From: Planctomycetota bacterium
Lineage (GTDB): Bacteria > Planctomycetota > GCA-002687715 > CAIWVZ01
Length of the DNA: 64,000 bases
Direction: 5' to 3'
Assembly (NCBI GenBank): GCA_044222185.1
Contig: JBGANV010000010.1
Location: 128,001-192,000 of the forward strand
Numbering within the stretch: position 1 is the first letter of the stretch; each line of letters starts with the position of its first letter. Of this stretch, positions 58,181 to 64,000 are shown one piece after another. The notes beneath the pieces were generated by a model. That model was not told the origin of the DNA and did not search any database. It saw only the letters and a list, made by a program, of their open reading frames with translations. A program made the translations under genes and the position numbers.

Positions 58181-58555
58181 CCGGACCGGACTCCTCGGCT
58201 GCGCCTCGGTAGTCCGGCGATCCTGCCGGTCGCGTTCGAGCTTCGCTCGAAGTCGACGCGGCGCTCCTCGCCCGCGATCGCGCGTCTACGGCGTTCCGAT
58301 CAGCGTTCGAGCGGGGCTGCGCGTCGGAGCGCCGATTCTCCGACGTCTCGTCGGGAATCGGCCGGATCGCCGCGCGTCCCGCGCGGTCCGGGGCGTGTCG
58401 ATGGGGGCGGGGCATTCGAGGACTGATGTCGGCATGATCTTCGAACGCGCCGGGGCGAGGGATGTCGGCCGGACCGGACTCCTCGGCTTCGCCGCGGTAG
58501 TCCGGCGATCCTGCCGGTCGCGTTCGAGCTTCGCTCGAAGTCGACGCGGCGCTCC
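58181..58555. repeat. Two 87-bp direct repeats (58181-58267 and 58469-58555), each with internal palindromes
   Basis: Copies differ at two positions; each contains CCGGACT...AGTCCGG and TTCGAGC-TTC-GCTCGAA. Confidence 0.9.
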
Positions 58556-58644
58556 GGGGCGACTTCGACGGAGATTTGCCGATCACCGGTCCTCGGCTGA
58601 TCAGAACCGGAGTCTTCTTGGGGAGGGGCCGATAGCTCCGCCCC

Positions 58645-61146
58645 GTGGAGATTCTCGTGGGACGTCTCAGTCTGGTCCTGATCGTCGCGTTCGCGGCAGC
58701 GTTCTCGTCCAATTCGCAAGTCACGCTCACTCCGAACGTGCCGGTCGCTGTCGCACCGACGACCGGGACGTCGACGGCTGCATTCCAATTCACGCCGGTC
58801 ACGGGCGTGTTCAACGTGATCGGTCTGGCGAGCTCCGCCGGCAGCGGCCTGTCTCTGCAGTCCGGCATCACCTTCGTGGGGAACTCCGCCCCGGCTCCCT
58901 TGACGAATTTCCTCATCGCGCCTCCTTTTGCCTCACCGTCCCTCGCGGCCAATCTCACCGTGACGGCCACGGGCGGTGGCACAGCCGAGCACGCCACCCC
59001 GCAGGCCGGTTCGATCAACTCGATCGTCCAGGCGACGCTCGGGGCTGGGTACGCGCTGAAGCTCGTGAACTTCGGCCTGAGCTCGGGCCAGGCCGGGCTC
59101 TACGAGATCGTCGTGGCCGGAGACTCCTCCCTGCGGTGGTACCTCTTCAGCTTCGCTTCGCTCGGGGCTTGGGGCGTTCCCTCACAAGCCACGGCGACCG
59201 GAACCGGCACCGCCGGCGCCGGGCCGATCGCGCTCGCAAACGGCAGCTACGTCATGGTCGTCACGAGGGACGGTGGGGCGCCAGCGACGGACCTGCCATT
59301 CGCAATGCGCGTGGCGACGACCTCCACGCACCTGACGCTGAGTGGCCCCGGCGCGTCGCTCTCCGGCCTCCTCAACGCGAACTATGAATTCACGTCGAAC
59401 CCGACGGTGAACCGGTGGAACGCCGTCGGCGTCGACGGCGCCCTCCAGAACGTCAACACGCTCTACGCTGGCCCCGCGGTTTCCGCGTCCGGCGTGTCCT
59501 TCGCCTACGTCGTGGCGAACGGTCACCAGGCGACCATCCTGCCGACGGAGGGCCTGCTCGAGCACAGCGGCACGTCGGGCGGGACGCTGAAGCAGGCCAC
59601 GATCCAGACGGTGACCGTGGGGACACCCGTCTCGTCGTCGGCCAACTCCCAGACGTTCCACGTCTTCGAGTTCCAGGTCGCGAGCGCCGGTTTCTTCAAC
59701 GTGGGTGTCACGGGCCCGGGCAGCCTGGGCTGGGCCCTCTTCCCGGCCAATGGCAGCGCGGCCTGGCGCCCGAAGAGCTCGTCGCTCGGGTCGGGGTTCC
59801 TCGGGACGACGATGAACTCCGTTTCGCTGGCGGCCGGATGGCATGCGATCGTCGTCTCGGGCACCGGCAGCGTAGTCCTCCCAGGCACGATGACGTGTTC
59901 GATCACGCAGGTCCCGAACAACCCGGTCCCGACGCTCGGCTCGATTTCGCCCACCTCCGCGACGGCCGGCGGCTCGGCGTTCACGCTCACCGCCAACGGC
60001 ACGCAGTTCGTCAGCGGCGCCTCCGAGGTCCGCTGGAACGGGACCGCCCTCGCGACGACGTTCGTCAGCGCGACTCAACTGACGGCAGCCGTTCCGGCGT
60101 CGCTGATCGCGCAAGGCGGCACGGCGAGCGTGACGGTCGTGACGGCCGTGCCCGGCGGCGGGACCTCGAGCGCGAAGTCCTTCGCGGTGATGAACGTGGT
60201 GCCCTCGCTGACGTCGATCTCGCCGTCGTCCGTGATCGCCGGCAACGCGGGGTTCACGCTGACGATCAACGGCACGGGCTTCGGGGCCAACGCGTCGGCG
60301 TTCGTCGAGGCGACGGCCCTCGCGACGACCGTCGTGAGCCCGACCCAGATCACCGCACTCGTGCCGTCGACGGCGATCCGGTCCGCGGGCACGGCGCAGG
60401 TGCGCGTGTCGAATCCGGCGCCCGGCGGCGGGACTTCCGCGCCCTTGACGATGACGATTCGTCCGCCCGTCATCACGCAGCTCGGCACGTCGAGCATCCC
60501 CGTGCTCAGCGCGACGTCGGCGCCGATCAACGTCCTCGTCAACGGCACGGACTTCCTGCCGAACCTGCACGTCTATGCCGACGCGACCATCCTGCCGAGG
60601 TCGTTCCTCAGCAGTTCGCTCGTTCAGGTGACGATCGGTCCGTCGGTCGCGGGCGCGCTGCGCCGCGGAGGACTGGCGATCACCATCGAGAACGGCCACT
60701 TCGCGGTTTCCAACGCCATGCCGATCTCCGTCGGCGGAGGAAGCAACGTCGGCACGATCGTGCGGCATCCGTTGATCCCCCTCACAAACGAGCCGTTCAC
60801 GATCGCGCTCGAAGGCGGGGCCGCGAACGCGCCCCTCGTCCTCATCGTCGACCTGCAGACGCCGGCGCCCATCTACCCGTTCCCGGACGCGACGGGCAAC
60901 CTCGTGCTTTCCGTGAGGCCTTTCGCGGTCGGACAACCCGGGTGGGTTCCGCTCGTCGACAGCATCGGACTGTTCGGCGCGCCCCAAGGACCAACCTATG
61001 ACGCGTCCGGGCGGCTCGACTTCGCCGGGCTCGCGGCGCCACCGATTCCGTTCGGCGTGACGTTCACGGTGCAGGCGGGCTACCTCGATCCTGCGGCGCC
61101 GCTGGGCTTCCGCACGACCTGGCCGAGCTACCCGCTGCAGCTCTGA
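58645..61146 (+). CDS. Secreted/surface protein with IPT/TIG Ig-like repeats and conserved-looking C-terminal domain
   Basis: Signal peptide; NPVPTLGSISP...FTLT.NGT.F...TTFVSATQLTA.VP...GGGTS repeated 2-3 times. Confidence 0.88.
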   Translation: MEILVGRLSLVLIVAFAAAFSSNSQVTLTPNVPVAVAPTTGTSTAAFQFTPVTGVFNVIGLASSAGSGLSLQSGITFVGNSAPAPLTNFLIAPPFASPSLAANLTVTATGGGTAEHATPQAGSINSIVQATLGAGYALKLVNFGLSSGQAGLYEIVVAGDSSLRWYLFSFASLGAWGVPSQATATGTGTAGAGPIALANGSYVMVVTRDGGAPATDLPFAMRVATTSTHLTLSGPGASLSGLLNANYEFTSNPTVNRWNAVGVDGALQNVNTLYAGPAVSASGVSFAYVVANGHQATILPTEGLLEHSGTSGGTLKQATIQTVTVGTPVSSSANSQTFHVFEFQVASAGFFNVGVTGPGSLGWALFPANGSAAWRPKSSSLGSGFLGTTMNSVSLAAGWHAIVVSGTGSVVLPGTMTCSITQVPNNPVPTLGSISPTSATAGGSAFTLTANGTQFVSGASEVRWNGTALATTFVSATQLTAAVPASLIAQGGTASVTVVTAVPGGGTSSAKSFAVMNVVPSLTSISPSSVIAGNAGFTLTINGTGFGANASAFVEATALATTVVSPTQITALVPSTAIRSAGTAQVRVSNPAPGGGTSAPLTMTIRPPVITQLGTSSIPVLSATSAPINVLVNGTDFLPNLHVYADATILPRSFLSSSLVQVTIGPSVAGALRRGGLAITIENGHFAVSNAMPISVGGGSNVGTIVRHPLIPLTNEPFTIALEGGAANAPLVLIVDLQTPAPIYPFPDATGNLVLSVRPFAVGQPGWVPLVDSIGLFGAPQGPTYDASGRLDFAGLAAPPIPFGVTFTVQAGYLDPAAPLGFRTTWPSYPLQL

Positions 61147-61210
61147 CCCGCGACGAGCCCCGCGAGTACGATGGGCGTGCGTCGCCCGGATCGGTCGGTG
61201 CAGGAACTCG

Positions 61211-61861
61211 ATGAACTCTCCCACATCGGATGATTCGAAGGTCATGGCGGCGCTGTTCACGCGCGCTGCCGCGGGGGAGAAGTCCGCCACGGCGCACCTC
61301 CTCGAGATGCACCGCGAGCGCCTGCGCCGCATGGTCGAGATCCGCCTCGACCGCAGGTTGCGGGCACGAGTCGATGCGTCCGACGTCCTGCAGGACGTGA
61401 GTCTCGAGGCGACGCGCCGACTGCCGCGCTACCTGGAGGAACGGCCCATGCCGCTCTTCCTCTGGCTGCGATTCCTCACCGGGCAGCGGCTCGCGAAGCT
61501 CCATCGCGACCATTTGCGGACCGGGCGGCGCGACCCTCGACGGGAAGCCTCGCACGTGCCCTGGTTCGCGCCTTCGTCCGTCGACTGCCTCGCGGCGAGC
61601 CTCGCGGCCGGCGGCGAGAGCCCGAGCCAGGCGGCGGCGCACGAGGAACAGCGGCGACTCGTGGAGCGCGGGCTCGAGCAGCTCGACCCTCAAGATCGCG
61701 AGATCATCAGCCTGCGGCATTACGAGCAGCTCTCGAACGTCGAAGTCGCCCGCGAGCTCGGCCTGGAGACGTCGGCCGCGAGCAAGCGCTACCTGCGGGC
61801 GATCCGGCGCCTGCGCGAGATCCTGGACGGCGGCTCCACGCACGGGGGCGCCACGCCGTGA
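61211..61861 (+). CDS. ECF sigma factor, planctomycete-type
   Basis: RLDRRLRARVDASDVLQD, WLRFL, RRDPRRE, SPSQAA, REIISLRHYEQLSN.EVA..LG....AASKRYLRA. Confidence 0.92.
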   Translation: MNSPTSDDSKVMAALFTRAAAGEKSATAHLLEMHRERLRRMVEIRLDRRLRARVDASDVLQDVSLEATRRLPRYLEERPMPLFLWLRFLTGQRLAKLHRDHLRTGRRDPRREASHVPWFAPSSVDCLAASLAAGGESPSQAAAHEEQRRLVERGLEQLDPQDREIISLRHYEQLSNVEVARELGLETSAASKRYLRAIRRLREILDGGSTHGGATP

Positions 61862-64000
61862 GCGAAGAGGTCGACGACTCCGAGCTCGACACGATCGTGG
61901 AGTCGTTCGTCGCGTGCTGCCGCCGCGGCGAAAACCCCGAGCCATCCGCGTGGGTCGAACGGTTCCCGCGGTTCGCCGACGAGTTGCGGGGGATTCTCGC
62001 GACGATCCATCAGATCGAGACCGGCGGTCCGAAGCGGACGCCGGACCCGGCGGACGTCGCGTCCGACCTGGCTCCCATGCCCGATCGCATCGGCGACTTC
62101 CAGATCGTGCGTCAGATCGGACGCGGCGGCATGGGCGTCGTCTTCGAGGCGATCGAGGATCCCATCGGTCGTCGGGTGGCGCTCAAGGTCCTTCCGGCCC
62201 TGAGCCTCGGAACGCCCAACCAACGTGCGCGATTCAACCGAGAGGCCGAGGTGGCGTCGCGCCTCGAGCACCCGGGGATCTGCGCCGTGTACCGCGCGGG
62301 AATCCACGACGGGATTCCGTTCCTCGCCATGCGCTTCGTCGAGGGCGAGACTCTGGCGCACGTGCTGCATCGGGCGCGCGCGGGCGGGCGCAAGCCCACG
62401 ACCGGCGACGAACTATCCGCCATCTTCATCATGATCGAGCGGGTCGCGCGCGCTCTGTCGCACGCGCACGATGCGGGCGTCGTCCACCGCGACGTGAAGC
62501 CGTCGAACATCATGATCGATCCGCGCGTCGGGCCCGTCGTCCTCGACTTCGGCCTCGCGCGCGCCGCATCCGGCGACGTGACGCTGACGGACACGGGCGG
62601 GCTGTGCGGCACGCCGCACTACCTCGCGCCCGAGGTCTTGCGCGCGGGCCGGTCGGGAGCCGACCCCTCGCTCGACGTCTATGGCCTCGGCGCCGTGCTC
62701 TTCGAGTGTCTCACACTCCGCTGCCCGTTCGACGCTCCGACGCCGCACGCGCTCTACCGTTCGATCCTCGAAGACGAGACGCCCGATCCCCGCGCGCTCA
62801 ATCCGGCCATCGGTCGCGATGCCATGGCGGTCACCTCGACGGCGCTCGAGAAAGAGCCCTCGCGACGCTACCGGAGCGCGGCGGCATTCGCCGACGACCT
62901 GCGCGCTCTCGCCGAGCACAGGCCCGTGGCCGTGCAACCGCCGTCGCGCCTCGGGCGCATCGCGCGGTGGATGCGCCGAGAGCCGGTGAAGGCGGCGCTC
63001 GTCGCGGCACTCGCCGTCGCGGGACTCGCGCTCGCGGGTGTGGGCGGGTTCCTCCTCGCCAATGCATCGGAGATCCGCCGCGCCAAGGACATCGGCGCCC
63101 GCGAGCGCGTCGAAGCGGCACTCGTCGCCGGGTTCATGGATCTCGGACGGGAAGGCGGCGGGTCCGCAGTCGGTTTCGGTCGGGCGCTCGCCGAGGATCC
63201 GTCGTGTGCGGAGGCCGTCGCCGGGCTCGCGCTCGACGACCTGTACGACAAGCGCCCTGCGGATGCCATCGCGGAGCTGGAGCGGCATCCGGAACTGCAA
63301 GCGGCGCGTCCCGTGCTCGGGCTCATCCGCAGCACGGCGCTGCGGCGCCTCGGGCGCGCGGACGAGGCCACACGCGTCGCCGAGGCCGTGCCCGCGCCGA
63401 CGTCCGTCTTCGATTGGTTCGTTCGCGGACTCCAGGAGATGGACGCCGGCATGAACGGTGACCGCGATGCGTTCGTGCACGCACGCGACAGCCTCCGTCG
63501 CGCGGTGCTGATGAGTCCGACCGCGCGGCCGTTCCAGCTGGGCGTCCTCGCGCAGGCTGCGATGTATTGCGGCGACGGCGTCGTCGCAGCCGATGCGTCG
63601 GCGGCGCTCGTCGACCTCTGGCCGCAGGAGGCTGCCTCCTGGGTGTGGCGCGCGATCGCGCTTCAGCAGACTGACGTGGTCGAGGCCGAGTCGGCGTGCC
63701 GCAGGGCGTTGCAGATGGACCCCGCGCTCGATCGCCCGCGCGAACTCCTCGTCGAACTGCTGGGTCGCCGGGAGGCGTGGGACGAGGCCGCGAAGGTCGT
63801 TCGTGAGAGACCGGGCGCGCAGCCGAGCCCGTCGATCGAGGCGAGCGCCGCGTTCTTCGAGGGCGCCGCGTTGTGGGCCAAGGGCGATTTCGACGGCGCG
63901 CGCGAGCGCTTCGTCACGGCGACGACGCGCATGCCCGGTGATGCGCGCAACTGGGTGTGGCTCGGGGACTCCTACAACCGACTGCGGCGCTTCCGCGACG
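61858..64000 (+). CDS. Ser/Thr kinase with TM and TPR region (runs off the window end; absent from the ORF track)
   Basis: GTG 61858 overlapping the sigma stop; IGRGGMGVVF, VALKVL, HRDVKPSN, DFGLA, GTPHYLAPE, DVYGLG, then a TM and TPR-like helices. Confidence 0.92.
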   Translation, partial: MSEEVDDSELDTIVESFVACCRRGENPEPSAWVERFPRFADELRGILATIHQIETGGPKRTPDPADVASDLAPMPDRIGDFQIVRQIGRGGMGVVFEAIEDPIGRRVALKVLPALSLGTPNQRARFNREAEVASRLEHPGICAVYRAGIHDGIPFLAMRFVEGETLAHVLHRARAGGRKPTTGDELSAIFIMIERVARALSHAHDAGVVHRDVKPSNIMIDPRVGPVVLDFGLARAASGDVTLTDTGGLCGTPHYLAPEVLRAGRSGADPSLDVYGLGAVLFECLTLRCPFDAPTPHALYRSILEDETPDPRALNPAIGRDAMAVTSTALEKEPSRRYRSAAAFADDLRALAEHRPVAVQPPSRLGRIARWMRREPVKAALVAALAVAGLALAGVGGFLLANASEIRRAKDIGARERVEAALVAGFMDLGREGGGSAVGFGRALAEDPSCAEAVAGLALDDLYDKRPADAIAELERHPELQAARPVLGLIRSTALRRLGRADEATRVAEAVPAPTSVFDWFVRGLQEMDAGMNGDRDAFVHARDSLRRAVLMSPTARPFQLGVLAQAAMYCGDGVVAADASAALVDLWPQEAASWVWRAIALQQTDVVEAESACRRALQMDPALDRPRELLVELLGRREAWDEAAKVVRERPGAQPSPSIEASAAFFEGAALWAKGDFDGARERFVTATTRMPGDARNWVWLGDSYNRLRRFRD

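Noticed and set aside
58181-58555. 87-bp repeats as CRISPR or as part of ORF 58149..59018
   Set aside because: Two long copies with a 201-bp gap do not fit CRISPR; the ORF is antisense to the IPT/TIG gene.

Overview
GC-rich bacterial chromosomal window, probably from a Planctomycetota lineage. This is inferred from the ECF sigma/Ser-Thr kinase pairs, FGE-sulfatase and TPR proteins and the secreted-protein style. In order it holds: the end of the ribosomal alpha operon (rpsD-rpoA-rplQ); an accessory stretch (ECF+kinase, secreted proteins, decayed IS transposase); a PLP module (MocR regulator divergent from a trans-sulfuration lyase-pdxS-pdxT operon); mrdA-like PBP + rodA; rlmN; a thioester alpha-2-macroglobulin; a peroxiredoxin with an in-frame UGA at its catalytic residue and a SECIS-like hairpin (probable selenoprotein, missed by the ORF track); a compact Haliangium-ochraceum-like bacterial microcompartment (BMC) operon; ECF/anti-sigma; recG; a single-AAA Clp ATPase; a kinase and a TPR-peptidase; 5-oxoprolinase; ppsA; and a second ECF/kinase pair. 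The best candidate for an undescribed system is the BMC operon. It has no signature enzyme, its vertex (BMC-P) protein carries a ~420-aa mixed-charge Arg/Asp/Glu repeat tail resembling RNA-binding or condensate-forming disordered regions, and it is flanked by a seleno-peroxiredoxin and a rhodanese. All family calls come from motif recognition by eye; no searches were run.
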